NCBI GenBank assembly: GCA_015058405.1
Contig: SVCL01000191.1
Coordinates: 19,424 to 83,423, forward strand
Direction: 5' to 3'
From: Clostridium sp.
GTDB lineage: Bacteria; Bacillota; Clostridia; Clostridiales; Clostridiaceae
Length of the DNA: 64,000 nucleotides
The notes under the pieces were generated by a model. It did not search any database, was not told where the DNA came from, and saw only the letters and a program-made list of their open reading frames with translations. Numbering within the stretch: position 1 is the stretch's first letter; the number at the start of each line of letters is the position of its first letter. Both the position numbers and the translations under genes were made by a program. Positions 10,353 through 20,197 of this stretch are shown one piece after another.

Positions 10353-11891
10353 TTAAAGTAAATTGTTTAAAATTGATAAGTTAGTAATTCCTAATTCGTT
10401 GTATAATTCAGAAAAGTTTTGTTCATAATCAGTTTTATTTTTGAATAATTTTTGACAATGAGCTAAGGCAAATAGCCATAAACAATAAATCTCCATATTA
10501 GTCATGTTAGGAGTATCGTAAGGAGGAATTCCACTTCCTAAAAAGTCACAATTCATTAAATAGTTATTCGGATCTCTATTGAGTAAAGTAATATTATATT
10601 TTTCACTATCTCTATATAAGACAGTACCTGGATAAGCAACCATTGTAGAAATATGAGTAACGTCAATTAAATTTTCTTTAATTAAGTTTCCTACAAATTT
10701 AATTGTATTAATTGTACTTTCGATAGTATCCCCTGGTAATCCAATCATTATATAAGCTTGAATTTGTATTCCATATTTTTTTATTGTTCTACATGAATTT
10801 AATGTTATATTAGAATCCATAGTTTTGTTTATTTCTTGTAAAGCATCAGAGTTTGTACTTTCAATACCTAAAGCAATTTGAATGTTACCAGCTCTTTTCA
10901 TTAGTTTAACAATATTATCTTCTATTCTAGGAGGATATACTTGACACCACCATTTTACATCTAATTTCCTTTCGATAATTTCTTCGCAAATCTGTCGAGA
11001 ATGATCAGCGTCTAATAAAAATTCTAAATCTCCCATAACAAAAAACTTTTTATTATATTTCTTCATGACATTTTCAATTTCGTCAACTACTACTTTAGGA
11101 CTTCTTTGTCTAGTTCTTTTCATAGCGGAATTATCAGCTGTACAGTAATGACATCCATTCTTGCAGCCACGAGCTGTATAAATTCTTGGAACAATTAAGG
11201 GTTGATATTTTTCTTCGTATAATGAGTAATCTAAAAAAGGAAGACTGTCTAAATCATGAATTATTTCTCTGTCTTCTGTTCTAAATAACTTATTGTCTTT
11301 AAGAAAAGATAGACTTTTTACATTTGATAAGTTTGAGATATCTGAATTTAATTTACAAATCAAATCTTTAATAGTATATTCGCCTTCATTTCTTACTATA
11401 AAGTCTATGTTTCTATTATTTTTTAGGATAGTTTCATCATTTTTAGTAGGGTAATATCCTCCCCAAAATATAAATGAATTATTGTGAACTTTTCTTATAA
11501 AATTAGTGATTTTATTTGCCCAATTTTCAGCGATAGTCATTACAGATATACCAAAGTAAGTAGCATTATATTTGGTTAATTCTGCTTCTATATCTTCTTG
11601 TGTTATAGTAGCGCTTTCATATTTTCGCTTGTAAAAATCTTCAAAATGAAAATCTAAAATTTTTACACTATAGCCTTTTGATTTTAGATAAGAAGCAATA
11701 GAAAGTATTCCATAACTAGCTTCTACAGGTAAGTCTCCTAATAGTCTACCACACTTATTTTCCATTGTATGCCAGTAATGAAATTCTATTTTGCTTGCTG
11801 GATCCATCAAATCAAGCTTTTTATTATTCGGACTGAATAAAGGTGGTTGAATTAGTATAATATCATAAGTAATTGAATTGTTATTTTTCAT
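10353..11891 (-). CDS. Cobalamin-binding radical SAM protein (class B-like)
   Basis: N-terminal B12-binding region (SYGILSIASYLK, FWGGYYPT, VRNEGE), CxxxCxxC motif RGCKNGCHYC, LGIES, YIMIGLPGDT, YPGT. Confidence 0.9.
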   Translation of the reverse strand: MKNNNSITYDIILIQPPLFSPNNKKLDLMDPASKIEFHYWHTMENKCGRLLGDLPVEASYGILSIASYLKSKGYSVKILDFHFEDFYKRKYESATITQEDIEAELTKYNATYFGISVMTIAENWANKITNFIRKVHNNSFIFWGGYYPTKNDETILKNNRNIDFIVRNEGEYTIKDLICKLNSDISNLSNVKSLSFLKDNKLFRTEDREIIHDLDSLPFLDYSLYEEKYQPLIVPRIYTARGCKNGCHYCTADNSAMKRTRQRSPKVVVDEIENVMKKYNKKFFVMGDLEFLLDADHSRQICEEIIERKLDVKWWCQVYPPRIEDNIVKLMKRAGNIQIALGIESTNSDALQEINKTMDSNITLNSCRTIKKYGIQIQAYIMIGLPGDTIESTINTIKFVGNLIKENLIDVTHISTMVAYPGTVLYRDSEKYNITLLNRDPNNYLMNCDFLGSGIPPYDTPNMTNMEIYCLWLFALAHCQKLFKNKTDYEQNFSELYNELGITNLSILNNLL

Positions 11892-12233
11892 TTATATTCC
11901 TCCATTTATTTATAAATTAATTTATTGAAATTATATCCAAAAAAAGAATAAAAAACAATAGAACAAGCATAAATGGGATGAAAAATTTAATGTTATTATA
12001 TAGAAATGTAAGGTTCTGTACAAATAATTGACAAAAAAATAAATATAAGGAAGATGGTGAGTTGTGATGATATTTTGGATTTTGTTACTATTATATGGTT
12101 CTGTAAAATGATAAATGAAAATTATGTGTTTTTATTATGGAGAAAATACGAAAAAAATAGAAAGGGAGTAAAAGAGGAATAAAAAATATCGAAAATAATG
12201 AGTATAATATATGCTTAAAGGAAGTGGAGAAAG

Positions 12234-13856
12234 ATGAAAAACAAAAGAAGAATAAGTATGGCTAATAAAATATTAGTAATTTTCACCTTATTAATTTTAG
12301 GGGTGACAACTTTCTTATCAGCTATTTCATTTATACGTTCAAGAGAAATTGTGTTAGAAACAACTATTAATCAATATAAGGAAAGAGCAATTGATGGAAC
12401 TAGTATGTTAGAAGCTGAAATAGAAAATAAATATAAACAATTAGAGTATATATCTAATATTCCGGAAATTAAAAGTATGAATTGGGAGTATCAATATCCA
12501 AAGTTATTAGAGGAAACTTCTAAATGGAATTTTAATCATATTTTTATTATGAAACCGGATGGAACTAGTTATTATGCAAAAGATAATAGTATAAAAAATC
12601 AACATGGTGAGGAATTTTTTTATAACATAGTAGGGGATAAAAAAACAATAACAGAACCTTATATTACTGAAACTGAATCAATAGTAACTTTAACATTACC
12701 TATAAAGGATAATGGAGAGGTATTGGGTAATATATGTGGAGTTGTTGATTTAGATACAATCAATCAAATGATTCAAAATATTGATATAGGAAAAACAGGA
12801 AATGCTTTTATTGTAAATAAGCTTGGTAATTTTGTTACTAATAAGAATATGGACTATGTAAAAAAACATGTGAATGTACTTGAATTAGATAAAGAGAATC
12901 AAGGATTATCTGAAATAGCTAATATAATTGAAGATCCTTCTAAAGGAGAAGCTAAGTTCAAGGAAATAAAAATAGACAATAAAGAAAATATAGCAGTATA
13001 TAAGACAATAAATAATACTGAGTGGCAATTATGTTTTACTATAACTAAAGGTGAATTATTAGAAGGAGTTAATGGTACATTAGGAACTCAAATATTAATT
13101 TCTATTATATCAATAATAATTGGTATATTTATAGCTTATATGGTTAAAAAAATGTTAAATATTAAACTGAAAAAAATTGAGGATATAGCTGAAGAATTAT
13201 CAAAATGTAATTTAGATTGTTATGTTCAAGTGGTTGGAAATGATGAATTTGCTGAAGTTACAAACAATTTAAATAATTCTATAAAAGTTCTAAGAAAAAC
13301 AATAAATGAAGTTAACGCAAGTAGTAATGAGTTAGTTACTAGTAATAAAGAAATTAGTAATATGCTATTAAACTTGTTTGAAGAAATAAGTGAATCAACA
13401 GCAGCTATAGAAGATATTTATATAGACATGGAGAAATCTTCTGAGGAACTTTTAGCACTTAATAAAACTTCTAAAGATATTATGATGAATACTAAAAATA
13501 CAGTAGTGACTGCTGAAGAAGGTGTTGTTGTTGCAGGTGGTATTCAAGATAAATCAAAAGTAATAAATAAGCAGACAATAGAATTAAGAAATAATACTAT
13601 GAGCAACTATAATAATTGTAGTGAAAAGTTAAGAGAGTCAATAGAAAAGGTAACTATAATTAATAATATATCCAATATGTCTAATTTAATAAGAAACATA
13701 GCAGGTCAAACTGAAATGTTAGCATTAAATGCTAGTATTGAAGCTGCAAGAGCAGGAGAGCATGGAAAAGGATTTGCTGTAGTAGCTACAGAAGTTAATG
13801 AATTAGCTAGAAAAACTACTGAGGCTGTAGATAGTATTCAAAAAGATGTATCATAA
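12234..13856 (+). CDS. dCache-HAMP methyl-accepting chemotaxis protein, apparently C-terminally truncated
   Basis: Two TM segments, Cache (TEPYI), HAMP (GNDEFAEV) and signalling tip [23 protein letters not shown]. Stop comes only ~22 aa after the tip, inside a terminator hairpin. Confidence 0.85.
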   Translation: MKNKRRISMANKILVIFTLLILGVTTFLSAISFIRSREIVLETTINQYKERAIDGTSMLEAEIENKYKQLEYISNIPEIKSMNWEYQYPKLLEETSKWNFNHIFIMKPDGTSYYAKDNSIKNQHGEEFFYNIVGDKKTITEPYITETESIVTLTLPIKDNGEVLGNICGVVDLDTINQMIQNIDIGKTGNAFIVNKLGNFVTNKNMDYVKKHVNVLELDKENQGLSEIANIIEDPSKGEAKFKEIKIDNKENIAVYKTINNTEWQLCFTITKGELLEGVNGTLGTQILISIISIIIGIFIAYMVKKMLNIKLKKIEDIAEELSKCNLDCYVQVVGNDEFAEVTNNLNNSIKVLRKTINEVNASSNELVTSNKEISNMLLNLFEEISESTAAIEDIYIDMEKSSEELLALNKTSKDIMMNTKNTVVTAEEGVVVAGGIQDKSKVINKQTIELRNNTMSNYNNCSEKLRESIEKVTIINNISNMSNLIRNIAGQTEMLALNASIEAARAGEHGKGFAVVATEVNELARKTTEAVDSIQKDVS

Positions 13857-13872
13857 GCCGATACATCTTTTT
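13840..13872. terminator. Bidirectional terminator between the MCP and sigma factor genes
   Basis: 13-bp perfect inverted repeat AAAAAGATGTATC / GATACATCTTTTT with a 7-nt loop containing the MCP stop codon. Confidence 0.8.
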
Positions 13873-13885
13873 TGCTATAAGTTAT

Positions 13886-14464
13886 TTAATTGAGAAAATC
13901 ATTTTTAATAGAATTAGAAAGCTTATTAACAACTTTCTTTCTTTTTCTTAAAACAGTTGAGTAAGGAATTTCTTTTATTTTGGAATAGGTTTTAGATGTA
14001 GTATTATTTAAAACAGTATTTATTAAAATATCTTTTTCTTCTGTAGATAATTTTTTTATAGCTTCTTTAAGACAAGCTTTTTCATGAAGTGAAATTATGT
14101 TTGAATCAACTGAATCGTCGGATGACTTTAAGAAGTATTCCATATTGGTACTTTCCCATAAGGAGCTTGTACCATCAATTTCTTTTAATATACTTTTTTT
14201 ATGAATTAAAGAATAAAGAGATGTTTTAATTGATTTAGTACCATATGCAACAAATCTGTGATTTTCAATATTATATTTATTTATAGAGTTAAGAAGAGTT
14301 GTGTAACATTCATTTATTAAATCTTCAAGTTCGTAGCCATCCACAAAAGTTTTTTTGCATAAGTTCTTTATAAAGGGATCAAATTGTGTAATTAATTTTT
14401 CTTTACATAATGAATCACCATTTTTAATGTTTTTAACAAGTTCTTCTATATAATCAAAGTCCAT
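13886..14464 (-). CDS. Sigma-70 family alternative sigma factor, possibly BotR/TcdR/UviA-like
   Basis: Region 2 (LVKNIKNGD...LITQFDPFI...YELEDL...FVAY) and region 4 HTH (LSTEEKDIL...PYSTVLRKRKK); 192 aa; AGGAGG RBS. Confidence 0.7.
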   Translation of the reverse strand: MDFDYIEELVKNIKNGDSLCKEKLITQFDPFIKNLCKKTFVDGYELEDLINECYTTLLNSINKYNIENHRFVAYGTKSIKTSLYSLIHKKSILKEIDGTSSLWESTNMEYFLKSSDDSVDSNIISLHEKACLKEAIKKLSTEEKDILINTVLNNTTSKTYSKIKEIPYSTVLRKRKKVVNKLSNSIKNDFLN

Positions 14465-14635
14465 AATAAAACCTCCTTTTTATTAAATTATAAAATAATA
14501 AAGTAGGAGATTTTGATGAATGTTGTAGAAGAAGAGATATATCATTGCGTAAAAGCAATAAAATATATAACTGTTCTTTAAATTATAGAAATTAAGAGTT
14601 TTTCATTTTTGAAATCTTAAATTTTCAAGATATTA

Positions 14636-14671
14636 AAAAAGCTCTGACATGGTAAAAAATCAGAACTTTTT
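14636..14671 (-). terminator. Probable terminator downstream of the DUF445 gene
   Basis: AAAAAGCTCTGA / TCAGAACTTTTT, 12 bp with one mismatch. Confidence 0.5.
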
Positions 14672-14735
14672 AAGATATTTATAACGTGAATACAATGCAT
14701 TATAACATTTTTTATAAATAATGTAAATAAATTCA

Positions 14736-15338
14736 TTAAATTAAACTAAGAACAATTGCTTGAATTAGTCCAATAAGAGCACCAAGGACAAATCCTAAAA
14801 CTTCAATGTGCTTAAGTTCTTTTTTTGCTACCTTTATAATAATTGCTTCTAATTCGATTAAGTCTAAAGCTTTAATTTTTTCTTCAACTATCTTTTGTAT
14901 GTCAACTTTATCCTTAATTTTAACTAGAAGTTCGCCGCCCATATCTTCTAGCATAGGGCCTACTTCGTTATCTACTATTTTATCAATATAAGGAGTAGCC
15001 ATCATTCTAAAAGGAATAGGTATTAAATTTACTTTCTCATTTATTACAGATCTAATTTTTTCTTTAGCAGCAATTATAAGATTTTCTTTATCTTCTTCAG
15101 AAAAAGATTCGTTTATTAAATCATCAATAGATAATAATTCAGTAGCAACAACTTCACCTATATTTTCAGCAATTTCATTTTTTCTTTTAGGAATAAGACC
15201 TAAAATTTCAATATTAAGAACAGGTATTTTAATAGGGTTTATTGGTCTAAACATAAGTTTAATAGCTAATATATTTGTAAGCCATCCAATAATACCACCT
15301 ACTAAGGATAAAACAAGTACTATTAATAATTTATTCAT
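14736..15338 (-). CDS. DUF445 family membrane-anchored protein
   Basis: GGIIGWLTNILAIKLMFRP, GLIPKRKNEIA and KELKHIEVLGFVLGALIG motifs. Confidence 0.9.
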   Translation of the reverse strand: MNKLLIVLVLSLVGGIIGWLTNILAIKLMFRPINPIKIPVLNIEILGLIPKRKNEIAENIGEVVATELLSIDDLINESFSEEDKENLIIAAKEKIRSVINEKVNLIPIPFRMMATPYIDKIVDNEVGPMLEDMGGELLVKIKDKVDIQKIVEEKIKALDLIELEAIIIKVAKKELKHIEVLGFVLGALIGLIQAIVLSLI

Positions 15339-15537
15339 AATAAATAATCCTCCTAAATAATATAAAATTCAACAAAAAATATTGTACAATCTTTTTTAAA
15401 GTAAGGCAATAGACTACAATAAAAACTAAAAAAACACGAATGAAAATCTAAAAAAACAAAAAAATATATGTATATTTATCTTATGTATGTTATAATTCAA
15501 GTAATGAAAAAAATAAGAATAAAGGGGTTGTATTGTC

Positions 15538-18500
15538 TTGGGGCAAAAGTTTAAAAAAGTATTAGTAGCCAATAGAGGTGAAATTGCTATAAGAATTTTT
15601 AGAGCATGTCATGAATTAGGAATTAGAACAGTAGCTATTTACTCAGAAGAAGATAAGTGTTCTTTGTTCAGAACTAAAGCACATGAATCTTATCAAATAG
15701 GAAAAAATAAAGGACCTGTAGAAGCATATTTAAATATTGATGAAATAATAGAATTAGCATTAAAGAAACATGTTGATGCAATACATCCAGGTTATGGGTT
15801 TCTTTCGGAAAATCCTGAATTTGCAAGAAGATGTGAAAAGGCTGGTATTGAGTTTATAGGGCCTAAATCTGAAATGATGGAACAGTTAGGAGATAAGATT
15901 AAATCTAAAATTGTTGCTAAGAATGTAAATGTACCTGTTATTCCAGGTGTTGAAGAAGCAATAACTTCAGAGGAAGATGCAATAAAAATTGCAGATGAAT
16001 GTGGATATCCAGTTATGATAAAAGCAGCTGCTGGTGGTGGCGGTAGAGGTATGAGAATAGTTAAAAGTAAAGATGAACTATTATCAGCCTTTAGAAATGC
16101 TAAAAATGAAGCTAAAAAAGCTTTTGGTATAGACGATATGTTTATAGAAAAATACATAGAAGGTCCAAAACATATAGAAATACAAATAATAGGTGATAAG
16201 TATGGAAATATTGTTCATTTATTCGAAAGAGATTGTTCTATACAAAGAAGACATCAAAAGGTAATTGAATTTTGTCCAGCTTTATCCTTGACAGAAGAAA
16301 AAAGACAAGAAATTTGTAGTGATGCATTAAAGATTGCGAAGTCTGTTAATTATAGAGGTGCAGGTACATTAGAGTTTTTACTAGATAAACATGGTAATCA
16401 TTATTTTATTGAAATGAATCCTAGGGTTCAAGTAGAACATACAATAACAGAAATGATAACAGGTATAGATATAGTACAAACTCAAATTTTAGTAGCAGAA
16501 GGTTATGCACTTAATTCAGATGAAATAGGGATAAAGTCACAACAAGATATACAAAAAAGAGGATATGCTATTCAATGTAGAGTTACAACAGAAGATCCAG
16601 CAAACAATTTTTCACCTGATACTGGTAAGATAGATGTATATAGAACTGCTTCAGGATTTGGTATAAGACTTGATGGTGGTAATGGATTTAGTGGTTCTGT
16701 TATTTCTCCATATTATGATAGCTTGTTAGTTAAGAGTACTGCTTATTCTAGAACATTTGAAGATGCTGTTAGAAAGGCAATACGTGCAATAAAGGAAACT
16801 AATATTACAGGAGTAAAAACTAATATAGATTTTTTAATAAATGTATTAAATAATGAAACATTCAAAAAAGGTGAATGTGATACAAACTTTATATCAAATA
16901 ATCCACAATTATTTGATGTTAATCCAAGGACTGATGATGAATACAGAATATTAAAGTTCTTAGGAGAAAAGGTAGTAAATGAAACTAAGGGGCAAAAAAT
17001 AGATTTTGATGTTCCTAGAATCCCTAAATTTGAAGATGTAAGTAATCTAAAAGGTACTAAACAAATCTTAGATGAAAAAGGTCCGGAAGCAGTAGTAGAA
17101 TGGATAAAAAATCAAAACAAACTTTTATTAACAGATACTACTATGAGAGATGCTCAACAATCATTAATGGCTACAAGAGTTAGAACTCGTGATATGGTTA
17201 ATATAGCAAATGCTACAGCTAAGTATGGAAAAGATTTATTCTCTCTAGAAATGTGGGGAGGAGCTACTTTTGATACATCATATAGATTTTTAAAAGAATC
17301 TCCTTGGAGAAGATTAAAGGAACTTAGAAAGCGTATACCAAATGTTATGTTTCAAATGCTAATTAGAGGAGCTAATGGTGTAGGGTATAAAAATTATCCA
17401 GACAACGTAATAAAAGAATTTATTAAAGAATCTGCAGCCTCTGGTATAGATGTATTTAGAATATTTGATTCACTTAATTGGTTAAAAGGTATAGAGGTAT
17501 CTTTAAACCAAGTATTAGAATGTAATAAGCTTGCAGAGGTAGCTCTTTGTTATACTGGTGATATTTTAGATGAAGATAGAGATAAATATACATTAGATTA
17601 TTATGTAAGAAGAGCTAAGGATATAGAAAAGATGGGAGCACATATACTTGGAATAAAGGATATGTCAGCACTTTTAAAACCATATGCTGCTAAAAAGCTT
17701 ATAACAGCATTAAAAAATGAAATTTCTATACCAATTCATCTTCATACACATGATACAACAGGTAATGGCGTTGCAACTGTGTTAATGGCTGCAGATGCAG
17801 GAGTAGATATTGTTGATACAGCCTTTAGTAGTATGTCTGGACTTACAAGTCAGCCAGCTCTAAACTCAATAGTTGCAGCTCTTGAACATACAGATAGAGC
17901 AACTGGAATTGAGCTTAGTGATATACAAAAGATTTCAGATTACTGGATGGATGTTAGACCTGTTTATAGTGGATTTGAGTCAGACTTAAAATCAGGTAGT
18001 GCTGAAATTTATAAATTTGAGATACCAGGTGGTCAATATTCGAATTTAAAACCACAAGTAGAAAGCTTTGGTCTAGGGGATAGGTTTGATGATGTAAAAC
18101 AGATGTATAAAAAGGTTAATAAAATGATGGGAGATATAATTAAAGTTACTCCATCATCCAAAATGGTTGGTGATATGGCTATATTTATGGTAAAGAATGA
18201 TTTGACACCAGAAAATATATATGAAAAAGCAGCTAACATGGCTTTCCCAGATTCAGTGGTATCTTATTTTAAAGGTATGATGGGGCAACCAGAAGGGGGA
18301 TTCCCAGAAAAGTTACAAAAACTTGTATTAAAAGGTGAGACACCAATAACAGTTAGACCAGGTGAGTTACTTCCACCAGAAGATTTTGAGGCTATTGAAA
18401 AGAAGTTAAAGGATAAATATAAGTTTAATCCTACAAAGAAACAAGTAATAAGTAGTGCTTTATATCCTGATGTTTATGAAGATTTTATAAAGTTTAAATT

Positions 18501-18978
18501 GGAATATGGTAATTTAGCGCGTATGGGTAGTGATATATTCTTCCATGGTTTAAAAGAAGGAGAAACTTCGGAAATTGAATTAGCAGAAGGTAAAACTTAT
18601 ATAGTTCAATTAATAGGTGTAGGAAAGCTTGATTATGATGGATATAGAACTGTTGATTTTGAAATTAACGGTAATAGAAGAGGAATTAAAATTAAAGATA
18701 AAAATGAAAGAAACTTTGTGGCAGGATCATTAGAAGGTGCAACTAAAATGGCTAATGCTTCTAATCCTAAAGAAGTAGGAGCTGCTATTCCAGGAAATGT
18801 TATTAAAATTCTAGTAAAAGAAGGAGAAGAAGTAAAAGAAAATCAAAGTTTATTAGTAATAGAAGCTATGAAGATGGAAACTAATATTTTTGCATCTTGT
18901 GATGGTAAAGTGGATTCTATATTAGTTAATGAAGGTGAACAAGTAAAAAATGGTCAGTTATTAATTAATTTAAAGTAG
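15538..18978 (+). CDS. pyc: Pyruvate carboxylase (TTG start)
   Basis: Biotin carboxylase (VANRGEIA, ERDCSIQRRHQK), carboxyltransferase (TDTTMRDAQQSL, HLHTHDT) and biotin attachment motif EAMKME. Confidence 0.98.
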   Translation: MGQKFKKVLVANRGEIAIRIFRACHELGIRTVAIYSEEDKCSLFRTKAHESYQIGKNKGPVEAYLNIDEIIELALKKHVDAIHPGYGFLSENPEFARRCEKAGIEFIGPKSEMMEQLGDKIKSKIVAKNVNVPVIPGVEEAITSEEDAIKIADECGYPVMIKAAAGGGGRGMRIVKSKDELLSAFRNAKNEAKKAFGIDDMFIEKYIEGPKHIEIQIIGDKYGNIVHLFERDCSIQRRHQKVIEFCPALSLTEEKRQEICSDALKIAKSVNYRGAGTLEFLLDKHGNHYFIEMNPRVQVEHTITEMITGIDIVQTQILVAEGYALNSDEIGIKSQQDIQKRGYAIQCRVTTEDPANNFSPDTGKIDVYRTASGFGIRLDGGNGFSGSVISPYYDSLLVKSTAYSRTFEDAVRKAIRAIKETNITGVKTNIDFLINVLNNETFKKGECDTNFISNNPQLFDVNPRTDDEYRILKFLGEKVVNETKGQKIDFDVPRIPKFEDVSNLKGTKQILDEKGPEAVVEWIKNQNKLLLTDTTMRDAQQSLMATRVRTRDMVNIANATAKYGKDLFSLEMWGGATFDTSYRFLKESPWRRLKELRKRIPNVMFQMLIRGANGVGYKNYPDNVIKEFIKESAASGIDVFRIFDSLNWLKGIEVSLNQVLECNKLAEVALCYTGDILDEDRDKYTLDYYVRRAKDIEKMGAHILGIKDMSALLKPYAAKKLITALKNEISIPIHLHTHDTTGNGVATVLMAADAGVDIVDTAFSSMSGLTSQPALNSIVAALEHTDRATGIELSDIQKISDYWMDVRPVYSGFESDLKSGSAEIYKFEIPGGQYSNLKPQVESFGLGDRFDDVKQMYKKVNKMMGDIIKVTPSSKMVGDMAIFMVKNDLTPENIYEKAANMAFPDSVVSYFKGMMGQPEGGFPEKLQKLVLKGETPITVRPGELLPPEDFEAIEKKLKDKYKFNPTKKQVISSALYPDVYEDFIKFKLEYGNLARMGSDIFFHGLKEGETSEIELAEGKTYIVQLIGVGKLDYDGYRTVDFEINGNRRGIKIKDKNERNFVAGSLEGATKMANASNPKEVGAAIPGNVIKILVKEGEEVKENQSLLVIEAMKMETNIFASCDGKVDSILVNEGEQVKNGQLLINLK

Positions 18979-19005
18979 TTAAATTGAATAAATATATATT
19001 TATAT

Positions 19006-19058
19006 AAAGTAATAGGTTGTTGAATGATTATATATATTCAACAACCTATTACTTTTTT
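19006..19058 (+). terminator. Intrinsic terminator of pyc; marks the left boundary of the gene cluster
   Basis: 20-bp inverted repeat AAAGTAATAGGTTGTTGAAT / ATTCAACAACCTATTACTTT followed by a T tract. Confidence 0.9.
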
Positions 19059-19292
19059 GCAAACATTTTAGATTTGTCTCATGGGAATAAAAAAGTTTTA
19101 ATTTATCATTATAAAAAGTTAAAGAAATATATAAATATAAAAAAATGAGACATTTGTAATATATTATTGGTTATTGAAAATAATGACGAAAAACCATGAA
19201 AAATAAAAAAGTTAAAAATTAAGAAAAAGTTAAGAAAAAATTGATTAATTGGTAAAAATGTGTTATGACATATAAAAATAAGGTTTTATGTA

Positions 19293-19320
19293 GGTTAACA
19301 GAAGTTTCGGCGCTTTAACT
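19293..19320 (+). promoter_or_regulatory. Candidate LoaP-responsive leader hairpin with UUCG tetraloop
   Basis: GTTAA-C-AG-AA-GT-[TTCG]-GC-G-CT-TTAAC folds into a bulged stem capped by UUCG. It is the only GC-containing patch in the AT-rich leader, and loaP is encoded in the cluster. Confidence 0.45.
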
Positions 19321-19477
19321 AAAGTAAAATTAATATAAAAAAATCATAAAAAATATATTTATAGAGCAGTGTTTTTTATAAATATATAAATTTGTTGTGC
19401 AAAAAAAAAGTGTCAGTTCTTGGAATACTATAATTTTTTTAAAAATATGTTATAAAAAATTAAGGGGTTGTAATAAT

Positions 19478-20179
19478 GTGAAAAAGATAAAATTATTTTG
19501 TATAGCACATGCAGGGGGATCAGCGGTCTCTTTTATTAAATGGAGAGATTATATAGATAAAAAAATAGAGGTGATACCTATAGAACTTTCAGGAAGAGGT
19601 GCTAGAATAGATCAAAAACTATATGATACTTTTGAGGAAGCAGTAGATGATGTATATAATGTAATTAATAGTGAAACAGAAAATAGTAAGTATGCTATAT
19701 ATGGACACAGTATGGGAAGCTGGATTGCTTTAGCATTATGTTATAAGCTTGCAAAAGAAAAGAGAAAACCTCCTGTACATTTATTTGTTTCAGGTAAGGA
19801 AGCACCATTTACAAAAGAAAAAGAAGAAAATATACATATGTTAAATGATAAGGAATTAGAGAAAAAATTAAAAGAATTAGGAGGAACTCCTAGATATATA
19901 TTTGAGAACGAAGAGTTAAAAAAGATGTTTTTACCTATTATAAGAGCTGATTACAAAATTATAGAAAGGTATAAGTTTAAAGAGAAACAGGAATTAAATT
20001 GCCCTATTTCTTTTTTTTATGGAATAAATGATTCAATAAGTGATTATGAAATAAATGGTTGGAGTAATTTTACTAATAATGAGTTCAGAATCATTAAGTT
20101 TAAAGGCAATCACTTCTTTTTATATGAAGATGTAGAAAAAGTAAGTGAAGAAATTAATTCAATATTAAAATGCTATTAA
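19478..20179 (+). CDS. Type II (editing) thioesterase; likely GTG start at 19478 (ORF track gives 19397)
   Basis: LFCIAHAGGSA, catalytic GHSMG, IIRADY, GNHFF; AAGGGG RBS before the GTG. Confidence 0.92.
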   Translation: MKKIKLFCIAHAGGSAVSFIKWRDYIDKKIEVIPIELSGRGARIDQKLYDTFEEAVDDVYNVINSETENSKYAIYGHSMGSWIALALCYKLAKEKRKPPVHLFVSGKEAPFTKEKEENIHMLNDKELEKKLKELGGTPRYIFENEELKKMFLPIIRADYKIIERYKFKEKQELNCPISFFYGINDSISDYEINGWSNFTNNEFRIIKFKGNHFFLYEDVEKVSEEINSILKCY

Positions 20180-20197
20180 GTTAAGGAGAGAGATTAT

